Source: Candidatus Omnitrophota bacterium (GTDB lineage: Bacteria; Ratteibacteria; UBA8468; B48-G9; JAFGKM01). From it: DNA of 64,000 nt. The DNA lies in assembly GCA_023818645.1 (NCBI GenBank), contig JAMWCJ010000001.1, forward strand, positions 9,584-73,583. The letters run 5' to 3'. The translations under genes were made by a program, and so were the position numbers. Positions within the stretch are counted from its first letter, which is position 1. Each line of letters begins with the position of its first letter. Positions 1 to 8,768 of this stretch are shown here, piece by piece. The notes beneath the pieces are model-generated. The model had not been told where the DNA came from and did no database searches. It saw only the letters and a list, made by a program, of their open reading frames with translations.

Positions 1-1
1 T

Positions 2-799
2 ACTCTTGAAAAACTCAGTATTGGAAATTTTGTTTTTTTAGTAAATTCTCTTGGTTGTAAGAATTGTAAATTTAAGTATACAGAATATATAAAAGGATAT
101 CTTAAAAAAATTGTTGATAAACTTTGTAACGATTGTAAACTAAGGGTTAAAGTTAATCCATTAAGAGTTTTTGATTGTAAAAATTATTCCTGCCATCAAT
201 CAATTGAAAATATACCTTCAATTTTTGATTTTTTGTGTGACGAATGTAAAGAACATTTTGATTTATTAGCAAATTTTTTGAAGAAAAATAATATAAATTT
301 CAAGATAGAACATAAACTTGTAAGAGGGCTTGATTATTATACCAAAACAGTTTTTGAGGTGTTTTGTAAAAATCAAGATATCGCAATTGCAGGCGGTGGA
401 AGATATGATTATCTTGTTAAAGAAATGGGTGGTCCTGATATACCTGCTGTTGGATTTGCAGTAGGTCTTGATAGAGTAGTCGCTTTACTAAATCAAGAAA
501 AAAGACAGAAAGATGAAAGTATTTATTTTATTTTACTTGGAGAACAAGCAAAAATAAAAGGATTTGATATAATGAGAGAACTTATAGAAAATAAAATAAA
601 AGTTGAAGCGGATTATGAAGAAAGATCAATAAGTGAACATTTAAGAATTGCAAACAAATATGGTAAAAAATTGTGTTTAATTTTAGGGGAAAATGAAATA
701 AAAAAAGGAGTTGTTGTTATTAAAAATATGGAGACAGGTATTCAAGAAGAAATAAAAGAAAAGGAAATTGTAAAAAAATTAAGAGAGAGGTTGAAATGA
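2..799 (+). CDS. hisS: Histidyl-tRNA synthetase, C-terminal portion (5' end lies upstream of the window)
   Basis: The reading frame is open from nt 2 (the ORF-track Met at 233 is internal). It contains the class II core-to-anticodon-binding region: GLDYYTKTVFEV, AGGGRYD, GFAVGLDR. A Cys-rich insertion (CKNCKF..CNDC..CHQ..CDEC) precedes it. The stop overlaps the aspS start as ATGA. Confidence 0.85.
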   Translation, partial: TLEKLSIGNFVFLVNSLGCKNCKFKYTEYIKGYLKKIVDKLCNDCKLRVKVNPLRVFDCKNYSCHQSIENIPSIFDFLCDECKEHFDLLANFLKKNNINFKIEHKLVRGLDYYTKTVFEVFCKNQDIAIAGGGRYDYLVKEMGGPDIPAVGFAVGLDRVVALLNQEKRQKDESIYFILLGEQAKIKGFDIMRELIENKIKVEADYEERSISEHLRIANKYGKKLCLILGENEIKKGVVVIKNMETGIQEEIKEKEIVKKLRERLK

Positions 800-2565
800 T
801 CAGAACACATACCTGTAATGAATTATCAAGAAAAAATATTGGTGAAAAAGTAAAATTGTGTGGTTGGGTTCATTCAATCAGAGACCATGGAAATTTAAAG
901 TTTATTGATTTAAGAGATAGATATGGAATTACACAAATTGTTTGTTCTCCTGAAGAAGTGTCAGAACAAATTTGGAACAAATTGAAAGAACTTAAAAATG
1001 AGTTTGTTATTTCTGTTGAAGGTTTTGTTGTTGGAAGGCCAGAAGAAACTATAAATAAAAAGATTGATACAGGTGAAATTGAAGTTAAACTTATAGATTT
1101 TGTAGTTTTAAATGAAAGCAAAAATTTACCTTTTGAAATTGAGGAAAAAGAAAAAATAAATGAGACCTTACGACTTAAATATAGATATATTGATATGAGA
1201 AAATCAGGTTTACAGAAAAATTTAATAAAAAGGTCTGATTTTTTGTTCTATGTAAGAGAATTTTTAAAGAAGGAGAACTTTGTGGAGATTGAAACACCTA
1301 TTTTAACAAAAAGTACTCCAGAAGGTGCAAGGGATTTTATTGTTCCTTCAAGATTAAATCCTGGAAAGTTTTATGCATTACCACAATCACCACAACTTTT
1401 TAAACAGATTTTAATGATAGGTGGCTTTGACAGGTATTATCAGATAGCAAAATGTTTCAGAGACGAGGATTTAAGGGCTGATAGACAGCCTGAGTTTACA
1501 CAGATTGATATTGAAATGTCTTTTATTGAAGAAGAAGATATTATTTCAATGGTTGAAAATCTTTTGAAATATGCAATTGAAAAAACCTTTGAAATCAAAG
1601 TTGAAATCCCTTTTAAAAAAATATCTTACAATAATGCAATTGAAAAGTATGGAACAGATACGCCAGATATGAGATTAAATATAGAATTTGTTGACTTAAC
1701 AAAAGTTTTTGAAAAAAGTGAAATTAGAATTTTCACGGAAATTATTGAAAAGAAAGGTGTAATTAAGGGATTTTTTATAAAAGATGGAGAGAAAATTTCT
1801 TTAAAAAATATTGAGGAATATAATGAATTTGTCAAAAATTCGGGTGGTAATGGAATTGGATGGATAAGATTTAAGGGAGAAGAGATTCAGAGTCCATTAA
1901 AAAAATTTCTTTTAGAAGATATAGTAAGTGAAATTAAAAATTTATCACCTTATAAAACATCCAGTGAAGTTTTGTTATTTTTAGGTGGAGAAAAAAAGTG
2001 GGTGAATGAAACTCTTAAAAATTTAATTGATAAAATTAAAGAAAAATTGATTGAGCAGAAAGAGCAATTTTCTTTTGTTTGGATTGTTGATTTCCCACTT
2101 TTTGAATATAATCTTGAAGAAAAAAGAATTCAATCTGTTCATCATCCTTTTACATCTCCTAAAATAGACGATATTAAAATTCTTGAGATAGAACCTTTAA
2201 AAGTAAAATCAAGAGCATACGATATTGTTCTGAATGGTATAGAAATTGGTGGAGGAAGTATAAGAATAAACAAAAGAGAAATTCAAGAAAAGATTTTTAA
2301 GATTATTGGACTTGAAGAAAAAATTTATTTAGAGAGATTTGGGTTTTTACTTGAAGCGCTTGAATATGGTGCCCCTCCTCATGGAGGAATTGCTATTGGA
2401 CTTGATAGATTATTAATGATTTTGCTTGGAGAAGAAAGTATCAGGGAAACAATTGCTTTCCCGAAAACACAGAAAGGGGTATGTCTTTTAACCGACGCTC
2501 CTGGTGATGTAGAATATAATTTACTAAAAGAAAATAAAATTAGAATTGACATTTCTGAAAAATAA
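796..2565 (+). CDS. aspS: Aspartyl-tRNA synthetase
   Basis: 589 aa. Class IIb motifs: FRDEDLRADRQPEFTQIDIEMSF, GGGSIRI, GLDRLLMIL. N-terminal OB fold (MIRTHTCNEL). Confidence 0.95.
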   Translation: MIRTHTCNELSRKNIGEKVKLCGWVHSIRDHGNLKFIDLRDRYGITQIVCSPEEVSEQIWNKLKELKNEFVISVEGFVVGRPEETINKKIDTGEIEVKLIDFVVLNESKNLPFEIEEKEKINETLRLKYRYIDMRKSGLQKNLIKRSDFLFYVREFLKKENFVEIETPILTKSTPEGARDFIVPSRLNPGKFYALPQSPQLFKQILMIGGFDRYYQIAKCFRDEDLRADRQPEFTQIDIEMSFIEEEDIISMVENLLKYAIEKTFEIKVEIPFKKISYNNAIEKYGTDTPDMRLNIEFVDLTKVFEKSEIRIFTEIIEKKGVIKGFFIKDGEKISLKNIEEYNEFVKNSGGNGIGWIRFKGEEIQSPLKKFLLEDIVSEIKNLSPYKTSSEVLLFLGGEKKWVNETLKNLIDKIKEKLIEQKEQFSFVWIVDFPLFEYNLEEKRIQSVHHPFTSPKIDDIKILEIEPLKVKSRAYDIVLNGIEIGGGSIRINKREIQEKIFKIIGLEEKIYLERFGFLLEALEYGAPPHGGIAIGLDRLLMILLGEESIRETIAFPKTQKGVCLLTDAPGDVEYNLLKENKIRIDISEK

Positions 2566-2599
2566 TGATAATCTTTTTATAAAAAATTTGGAGGGAAAA

Positions 2600-3352
2600 A
2601 TGAAAAAAGATTTGTTACTTTTGATCGTTTTTTTACTTTTAAGTGGCTGTGCTATGTATCAAACCAAAAAAGAGATAGAGCCAAAGAAATCTTTTGAAGA
2701 AATGGTTGATATTAAATTAAAACAAGCATTAGCAATAGCAGAAACATCGCTTGAAATTAGCAAAAATGCTGAAAAACTATCAATAGAGGCATTAAATACA
2801 AGTAATCAGGCAAAGGCAAATTCTGAAGTTGCAATAAAAAAGGTAGATGAAGCAATAGCAGCAACAAATCAAGTGAAAAAATTTACTGAAAGCGAAGTCC
2901 AGAAAGCAATAGAAGCAGCAAATAAAGCATCACAAGAAGCAGTTAAAGCAGCGAATGAAGCATCTCAAAAAGCGATAGATAAAGCAACAGAAGCAATAAA
3001 TACAGCGAATGAAGCATCTCAAAAAGCGATAGATAAAGCAACAGAAGCAAGTGAAAAAGCAATCAAAGCAGCAAATGAGGCAAGTGAAAGAGCAATTGCA
3101 GTTGCAAATCAAACAATTGCAGAAATTAATAAATTAAGAGCAACTATCCAGATGAAACCTCAAGAACCAATAATAGAAGAAGAACCAAAATATGGGAAAT
3201 ATTATGTAATTCAGAAGGGGGATACATTAAAAAAGATTGCTTATAAATTTTATAATGATATCTCAAAATGGCGAATAATATACGAGGCAAATAAAAAGAT
3301 TATAAAAAATCCTGAGAATTTAACTCCTGGTGTAAAAATATACATCCCTTAA
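2600..3352 (+). CDS. Lipoprotein with alanine/lysine-rich repetitive helical region and C-terminal LysM domain
   Basis: GGAGGG lies 5 nt before the ATG at 2600 (the ORF-track start at 2546 overlaps aspS and is unlikely). Signal peptide plus lipobox LLSGC. Internal tandem 18-aa repeats (ANEASQKAIDKATEA..). C-terminal LysM-like YYVIQKGDTLKKIAYKFYND..W..I...N. Confidence 0.6.
   Translation: MKKDLLLLIVFLLLSGCAMYQTKKEIEPKKSFEEMVDIKLKQALAIAETSLEISKNAEKLSIEALNTSNQAKANSEVAIKKVDEAIAATNQVKKFTESEVQKAIEAANKASQEAVKAANEASQKAIDKATEAINTANEASQKAIDKATEASEKAIKAANEASERAIAVANQTIAEINKLRATIQMKPQEPIIEEEPKYGKYYVIQKGDTLKKIAYKFYNDISKWRIIYEANKKIIKNPENLTPGVKIYIP
2951..3050. repeat. Two perfect 46-bp direct repeats with a 54-bp period, in-frame inside the lipoprotein gene
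   Basis: gcgaatgaagcatctcaaaaagcgatagataaagcaacagaagcaa occurs at 2951-2996 and again at 3005-3050. Confidence 0.9.
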
Positions 3353-3354
3353 AA

Positions 3355-4368
3355 ATGATTGTTAAAAAACAGATTGAGATTTCAAATGAAGAAGCCCAAT
3401 TCCTTTATGGAATAAGAGATGAAAATCTTGAATTTATTGAAAATTTATTTGGGATAGAAATTTTTGCAAGAGGAAATTTACTTACTTTTAAAGGAGAGAA
3501 CGAAAAAGTAGAAAAAGCATTAAAACTTCTAAACCAGATTTTAAAAAATAGAGGGAAAAAGAGATCTATTACAAAGAACGATATTCTTATTACTATAAAT
3601 GAAAAAGAAATAAAAGAGAAAGAAGAAACAGAAAAAGAGCAAATAAAAAAAGAAAATCTTATATGGATAAATTCAAAAAAAGATTTTGTAATTCCAAAAA
3701 CTCCAACACAAAGAAAATATGTTGAAGCAATACGAAAATATGACCTTGTGATAGGGATAGGACCAGCAGGTACAGGAAAAACATATCTTGCTGTTGCTTG
3801 TGGAATAGAAGCAATAAAAAAGGGGTATTTTCAGAGGATTGTTCTTACAAGACCTGCTCTTGAAGCAGGAGAACGACTTGGATTTTTGCCAGGAGACCTT
3901 GAAGAAAAAATTAAGCCATATCTTCAACCAATTTATGATGCTATTTTTGATTTGATGAAATATGAGGAACTTAGGAGATGGCAGGAAAGGAAGATTATAG
4001 AAATTATTCCACTTGCTTATATGAGAGGAAGAACTTTAAGTAATGCTTTTATAATTCTTGATGAAGCACAAAATACAAGTTTTGCCCAAATGAAGATGTT
4101 TTTAACTCGTCTTGGCATTGATTCAAAAATTGTTATAACAGGCGATATAACTCAAATTGATCATCCACTATCCTCTACTACTTCAGGACTTGTTGAGGTT
4201 CAAAAAATTTTATCAAATATAAGAGGAATTAAATTTATTTATTTTACTAATAGAGATGTTGTGAGACATAAACTTGTTAAGAAAATAATAAATGCTTATG
4301 AAAAATATTATAAATTAAGAGATGGAAATAGAAATCATACAGAAAGTGAGGAAAATAAAAATAAATAA
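3355..4368 (+). CDS. phoH: PhoH/YbeZ-family ATPase with N-terminal KH-like domain
   Basis: Walker A GPAGTGKTYLAVA and the ILDEAQN box. It sits in the conserved phoH-ybeY-dgkA gene order. Confidence 0.9.
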   Translation: MIVKKQIEISNEEAQFLYGIRDENLEFIENLFGIEIFARGNLLTFKGENEKVEKALKLLNQILKNRGKKRSITKNDILITINEKEIKEKEETEKEQIKKENLIWINSKKDFVIPKTPTQRKYVEAIRKYDLVIGIGPAGTGKTYLAVACGIEAIKKGYFQRIVLTRPALEAGERLGFLPGDLEEKIKPYLQPIYDAIFDLMKYEELRRWQERKIIEIIPLAYMRGRTLSNAFIILDEAQNTSFAQMKMFLTRLGIDSKIVITGDITQIDHPLSSTTSGLVEVQKILSNIRGIKFIYFTNRDVVRHKLVKKIINAYEKYYKLRDGNRNHTESEENKNK

Positions 4369-4726
4369 AGAATTTTTGAAAAATAAATTGGATAAACTAA
4401 AACAGGTTATTAACCCTCCACCAAAAAAGATCATAGTTTACTTAGTTAACAATAAAACAATAAAAAACCTGAATAGAAGATTTTTTAAAAAAAATATTCC
4501 TACTGATATTATCTCTTTTAAATATTCAAGAAATTTTGGAGAATTGATTATCTCAATTGAACAATGTAATGAGAATGCTCAAATTTATAAACATTCAATT
4601 GAAAAAGAACTTATTTATGTAATAATTCACGGTATCCTGCATTTAAAGGGTTATAAAGATTATAAAGAAAAAGAGAGAAACGAAATGTTTTCTGTTCAAG
4701 ATAGAATTTTTAGTTTGATTATATAA
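4322..4726 (+). CDS. ybeY: rRNA maturation endoribonuclease YbeY
   Basis: Zinc-binding HGILHLKGYKDY (the H..HG.LHL.GY.H signature) and PTDIISF. The ORF-track start overlaps phoH by 47 nt, so the true start may be a later non-ATG codon. Confidence 0.8.
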   Translation: MEIEIIQKVRKIKINKEFLKNKLDKLKQVINPPPKKIIVYLVNNKTIKNLNRRFFKKNIPTDIISFKYSRNFGELIISIEQCNENAQIYKHSIEKELIYVIIHGILHLKGYKDYKEKERNEMFSVQDRIFSLII

Positions 4727-4728
4727 AA

Positions 4729-5445
4729 ATGAAAAATAAAAAAAATTCTTCAATAGTTGAAAGTTTTGACTCTGCTTTTAAAGGATTGTTATATGTTTTT
4801 AAAAGAGAAAGAAATTTTAAAATTCATATTTTTATGGGTCTTGTTGCAATTCTATTATCTCTTTTTTTTCATGTCCCATTTACCGAAACTTTAATAATTA
4901 TCGTTTTTATTTCGCTTGTAATTGTTTCTGAAATAATAAATACTACAATTGAAATCCTCTCGGAAAATATTGATGAAGAAAAGTGTAATATTATAAAAAC
5001 AGTTAAAGACATTTCTGCTTCTGCTGTTTTAATATCTTCTATCTTTGCTTTTATAGGAGGTTATTTAATTTTTATAAAATTTTTTCCAATTGGTTTTAGA
5101 AATATCTTTGAAAATATTGCAAGATCTTCTTGGTATTTTACATTTTTTATACTTATGATTGTGCTATTTTTAACAATTATTTTAAAAGTTTTGACTGGAA
5201 AGAGTTTTTCTTTAGTAGGTGGTATGCCAAGTATTCACAGTGGGATTGCTTTTAGTATTTGGACTGCAATTTCTTTTTTTACATTTAAAGAATATCCTGT
5301 AATTTCGCCTCTTGTTTTTTTACTTGCTTTCTGGGTTGCTCAAAGTAGAATAACAAAAAAAATTCATACTATTGAAGAAGTAATTATCGGTGGAATAATA
5401 GGAATAGTCATCACCATATTACTTTTTCAAATCTTCTGGAGGTGA
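4729..5445 (+). CDS. dgkA: Fusion of DgkA-type diacylglycerol/undecaprenol kinase (N-terminal) with a PAP2-superfamily phosphatase-like membrane domain (C-terminal)
   Basis: Residues 1-120 align with prokaryotic DgkA (RNFKIH; VSEIINTTIEILSENID matching E. coli IVEILNSAIEAVVD; ASAVLISS). Residues 130-238 carry PAP2-like motifs PSIHSG (compare PSGH) and SRITKKIHTIEEV (compare SR.....H...D). Confidence 0.7.
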   Translation: MKNKKNSSIVESFDSAFKGLLYVFKRERNFKIHIFMGLVAILLSLFFHVPFTETLIIIVFISLVIVSEIINTTIEILSENIDEEKCNIIKTVKDISASAVLISSIFAFIGGYLIFIKFFPIGFRNIFENIARSSWYFTFFILMIVLFLTIILKVLTGKSFSLVGGMPSIHSGIAFSIWTAISFFTFKEYPVISPLVFLLAFWVAQSRITKKIHTIEEVIIGGIIGIVITILLFQIFWR

Positions 5446-5448
5446 AAA

Positions 5449-6003
5449 ATGAAGACATTAAAGAAACATTTTATTTCTGGAATAATTTTTATAATTCCTG
5501 TTTCTCTTTCTATATGGATTTTATTTAAAGTATTTATTTTTTTAGAAAATATACTTGGAAATTTTTTTAAGAAGTTTTTCCCCAATATATACACACCCGG
5601 GATTGGATTAATTTCTTTAATTCTTCTTATTTTATTTGTTGGTTTTCTTGCAAATAATTTTTTAGGCAAAAAAATCCTTAAATTAATAGAATCTCTTTTT
5701 GAAAATACACCATTTTTAAATAAAATTTTTTCTTTTTTAAAAAGTATTATTCAGCAAATTACAGAAGATAAAAAACAAGTATTCAAAGGAGTAGTAAGAA
5801 TTAAATTGCCAAATGATTCATATACAATAGGATTTATTACAAGAGAAGAAATGGAAAGTAAAAATATTTATGTTTTTGTTCCAACAGTCCCTAATATAAG
5901 CACGGGATTTATTATAGTAATACCACAAGAAAAGGTTGAAAGATTGGATATATCAACAGAAAATGCTTTAAAATTAATTATTTCTATGGGAATTTTTAAA
6001 TAG
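5449..6003 (+). CDS. DUF502-like membrane protein
   Basis: Two N-terminal TM helices, then a soluble domain with V(R/K)I.LP....Y.IGF.T. The layout is as recalled for DUF502. This is a family assignment from memory. Confidence 0.5.
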   Translation: MKTLKKHFISGIIFIIPVSLSIWILFKVFIFLENILGNFFKKFFPNIYTPGIGLISLILLILFVGFLANNFLGKKILKLIESLFENTPFLNKIFSFLKSIIQQITEDKKQVFKGVVRIKLPNDSYTIGFITREEMESKNIYVFVPTVPNISTGFIIVIPQEKVERLDISTENALKLIISMGIFK

Positions 6004-6007
6004 TAAA

Positions 6008-6748
6008 ATGCCTCCAATCCTGACCGAAGGTTTTGTTTTAAAAAAAATTAATTTCAGAGAGACAAGCGTAATACTAACACTATTCACAAAAGAATTTGGC
6101 AAAATCAAAGGTATTTTGAAAGGAGTTAGAAAAGAAAAAAGCAAGATACCTCCTTTAACTTTTAGCGAAGGAGCATATATTTCAACTTTTATCTATAAAA
6201 GAAAATCAGAATTAAATCTTTTAAGTTCACCAAGTTTAATCAACTTTTTTTATTTTGAAGACAAATTATCTTTTACTATATTTCTTTATATTTTAAAACT
6301 TATAGATCTTTTTACTCCTGAGTTACAAAAAGAAGAAAATATTTTTTATCTTATAGAACACACTGTAGAAAGTTTGAAACAGAATAAGAAAAAATATATA
6401 GTTTTTCTTTTCTTTAAGATAAAATTTATAGAATTTCTTGGATATGGAATAAAAGTTGATAGTTGTAGTTTGTGTGGAAAAGAGAGTAAAAAATATTTTT
6501 TTTCCCCAAAAAAAGGAGGCCTTCTATGTGAAAAATGTAGAAAAGAAGATTTAAATTGTGTTAAAATATCTAACAAGTTAATTTCAATAATAAGGTTTAT
6601 TAAAAGGGTTTATTTAAAAAATTTTGAGTTTCTGAAGATTAGTAAAAAAGACGCAGAAAAAATAAATTATCTCTGTAATTTAGTTTTTTATTATCATTCA
6701 AATTTAGATTTTATATGGTGGAGAAATGAGAAAAATATATTCCGATGA
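6008..6748 (+). CDS. recO: DNA repair protein RecO
   Basis: The N-terminal OB fold begins LTEGFVLKKINFRETSVIL. Zinc finger CSLCGK...CEKCR. Confidence 0.8.
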   Translation: MPPILTEGFVLKKINFRETSVILTLFTKEFGKIKGILKGVRKEKSKIPPLTFSEGAYISTFIYKRKSELNLLSSPSLINFFYFEDKLSFTIFLYILKLIDLFTPELQKEENIFYLIEHTVESLKQNKKKYIVFLFFKIKFIEFLGYGIKVDSCSLCGKESKKYFFSPKKGGLLCEKCRKEDLNCVKISNKLISIIRFIKRVYLKNFEFLKISKKDAEKINYLCNLVFYYHSNLDFIWWRNEKNIFR

Positions 6749-7565
6749 AATTGTTGAAAAGTTATCTGAAACTATTATAGAGATTAATTATAAACTTCCA
6801 AAAGAAATAAAAAATTGTATTAAAACTGCTTATATGAATGAAACTGAAAAGTATTCTAAGAAATATTTGGATATTATACTAAAAAATATTGAAATTGCCG
6901 AAAAAAAAAGAATACCAATCTGTCAAGATACAGGACTTACTATTGTCTTTGTAGAAATAGGAATGGATATAAAAATAGAGAAAGGTAAATACAAAAATTT
7001 AGAAGAGATAATAAATAAAGGTGTTGAGATAGGTAGTAAAAAAGGATTTTTAAGAAATTCAATTGTGAGTGCAATAGAAAGAAAAAACACAGGAAGCAAT
7101 ACTCCTTGTGTTATTCATTTCCTTTTAAATGATAGTAATAAATTAAAATTTACAATAATTGCAAAGGGTTTTGGTTCAGAGAACAAAAGTAGAATAAAAA
7201 TGTTAAAACCATCTGAAGGAAAAAAAGGAATAGAAAATTTTATAATTGAAACGGTTAAAAAAGCAGGTAGTTTCCCTTGTCCTCCTTTATTTATTGGTGT
7301 TGGGATTGGAGGCTCTTTTGAAAAAGCGGCAATTCTCTCAAAATATGCTTTAAGTAGGATAGGTAAGGAAGATTCTAAATATAGGAACTGGGAAAAAGAA
7401 ATTATTTTTAAAATAAATAAACTAAAAATAGGACCATCTGGTTTTGGTGGCAATATTACTGCACTTGATTTAAAAATTGAAACATATCCAACACATATCG
7501 CAGGATTACCTGTTGCAGTAAACTTATGCTGTTGGGCGCATAGAATAGGTAGTTTTGAAATATGA
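6726..7565 (+). CDS. Fe-S hydro-lyase alpha subunit (class I fumarate hydratase / L(+)-tartrate dehydratase alpha type)
   Basis: PICQDTGLTIVFVEIG motif. It is paired with a beta-subunit gene overlapping by 4 nt. Confidence 0.8.
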   Translation: MRKIYSDEIVEKLSETIIEINYKLPKEIKNCIKTAYMNETEKYSKKYLDIILKNIEIAEKKRIPICQDTGLTIVFVEIGMDIKIEKGKYKNLEEIINKGVEIGSKKGFLRNSIVSAIERKNTGSNTPCVIHFLLNDSNKLKFTIIAKGFGSENKSRIKMLKPSEGKKGIENFIIETVKKAGSFPCPPLFIGVGIGGSFEKAAILSKYALSRIGKEDSKYRNWEKEIIFKINKLKIGPSGFGGNITALDLKIETYPTHIAGLPVAVNLCCWAHRIGSFEI

Positions 7566-8092
7566 AAAATATATATTTCCCTTTGAAAAAAGAGAAGGAT
7601 TTAGAGAAATTAAAAGTTGGTGATTATGTTTTAATAAGTGGTAAGATTCTTACAGCAAGGGATGCAGCACATAAAAAACTAATTGATGATATAAAGAAAG
7701 GAAAAAGTATCCCTTTAAATATAAAAAACGCTTTAATTTACTATACAGGCCCTTCACCTGCTCCTCCTGGTAAAATAGTTGGTTCAATTGGACCAACGAC
7801 AAGTGAAAGAATGGATAATCTAACAATTCCATTGTTAAAATTAGGATTGAAAGCAACGATGGGAAAAGGTGAAAGAAGTGAAAAGATTGTTAAGAGTTGT
7901 AAAATTTTCAAAGCAGTTTATTTTATTACTTATGGCGGATGTGGTGCTTATTTAAATCAATTTGTCAAAGGAATAAAACTTTTATGTTTTGAAGAACTTG
8001 GACCTGAAGGTATTTACGAACTTGAGGTTATTAATTTCCCTGCAATAGTAGGTATTGATATTTATGGGAATAATTTTTATAAATTTAGATAG
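7562..8092 (+). CDS. Fe-S hydro-lyase beta subunit (class I fumarate hydratase / tartrate dehydratase beta type)
   Basis: GKILTARDAAHKKL and the rest of the 176-aa length fit the C-terminal domain of the FumA/TtdB family. Confidence 0.8.
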   Translation: MKNIYFPLKKEKDLEKLKVGDYVLISGKILTARDAAHKKLIDDIKKGKSIPLNIKNALIYYTGPSPAPPGKIVGSIGPTTSERMDNLTIPLLKLGLKATMGKGERSEKIVKSCKIFKAVYFITYGGCGAYLNQFVKGIKLLCFEELGPEGIYELEVINFPAIVGIDIYGNNFYKFR

Positions 8093-8106
8093 GTATAATT
8101 TAAGTA

Positions 8107-8180
8107 GCGGCCATAGTTCAATTGGATAGAACATCGGGTTGCGGACCCGAGGGTTGCCCGTTCAAGTCGGGCTGGCCGCA
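8107..8180 (+). tRNA. tRNA-Arg, anticodon GCG as read
   Basis: Hand-folded cloverleaf. Acceptor stem GCGGCCA/TGGCCGC, D stem GTTC/GAAC, anticodon stem TCGGG/CCCGA with loop TTGCGGA, T stem GCCCG/CGGGC with loop TTCAAGT, discriminator A. No CCA is encoded. Confidence 0.8.
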
Positions 8181-8185
8181 ATTTT

Positions 8186-8261
8186 CGGGGCGTAGCTCAG
8201 TCTGGTTAAGAGCGCTTGGTTCGGGACCAAGAGGTCTCCGGTTCAAATCCGGACGCCCCGA
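8186..8261 (+). tRNA. tRNA-Pro, anticodon CGG
   Basis: Acceptor stem CGGGGCG/CGCCCCG with C1:G72 (typical of bacterial tRNA-Pro). Anticodon loop TTCGGGA. T loop TTCAAAT. A T-run follows the gene. Confidence 0.85.
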
Positions 8262-8275
8262 TTTTTTAAAATAAG

Positions 8276-8767
8276 TTATGAGTTTGTAGTTAATTTTCTA
8301 AGTTTTTCTTTATAATATTTTTTTTCTTCTTCAGTGGCATAATCAATAATTAAAATTCCGTTTAAATGGTCAATTTCATGTTGAAAACACCTTGCCAATA
8401 AATCTTTACCATCAATTATTATCTCTTTCCCATCTTCGTTTATGCCTTTAACAGTAACTATTTTATTCCTACTGATTGAAAAGTAGATTTCAGGAAAACT
8501 TAAACAACCTTCAAGATCCATTTCTATTTCTTTTTTATCTACAATTTCAGGGTTTATAACTGTTATTAAATTCTCTCTTTCTTTATCATAAGCAATAAAA
8601 ATTCTTTTCAAAACACCAACCTGGTTTGCAGCAAGTCCAATTCCTTTTACAGAAACTAATGTCTCTTTCATTGATTTTATAAGTTTTCTAATTTTGTCAT
8701 CAATATTTTTAACTTCTTCCGCTCTTTTTCTTAAAATATTTTCTCCATATTTTCTTATTTTTCTCAT
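8276..8767 (-). CDS. def: Peptide deformylase
   Basis: GIGLAANQVG, EGCLSFP and QHEIDHLNG, the three PDF motifs. Confidence 0.9.
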   Translation of the reverse strand: MRKIRKYGENILRKRAEEVKNIDDKIRKLIKSMKETLVSVKGIGLAANQVGVLKRIFIAYDKERENLITVINPEIVDKKEIEMDLEGCLSFPEIYFSISRNKIVTVKGINEDGKEIIIDGKDLLARCFQHEIDHLNGILIIDYATEEEKKYYKEKLRKLTTNS

Positions 8768-8768
8768 T

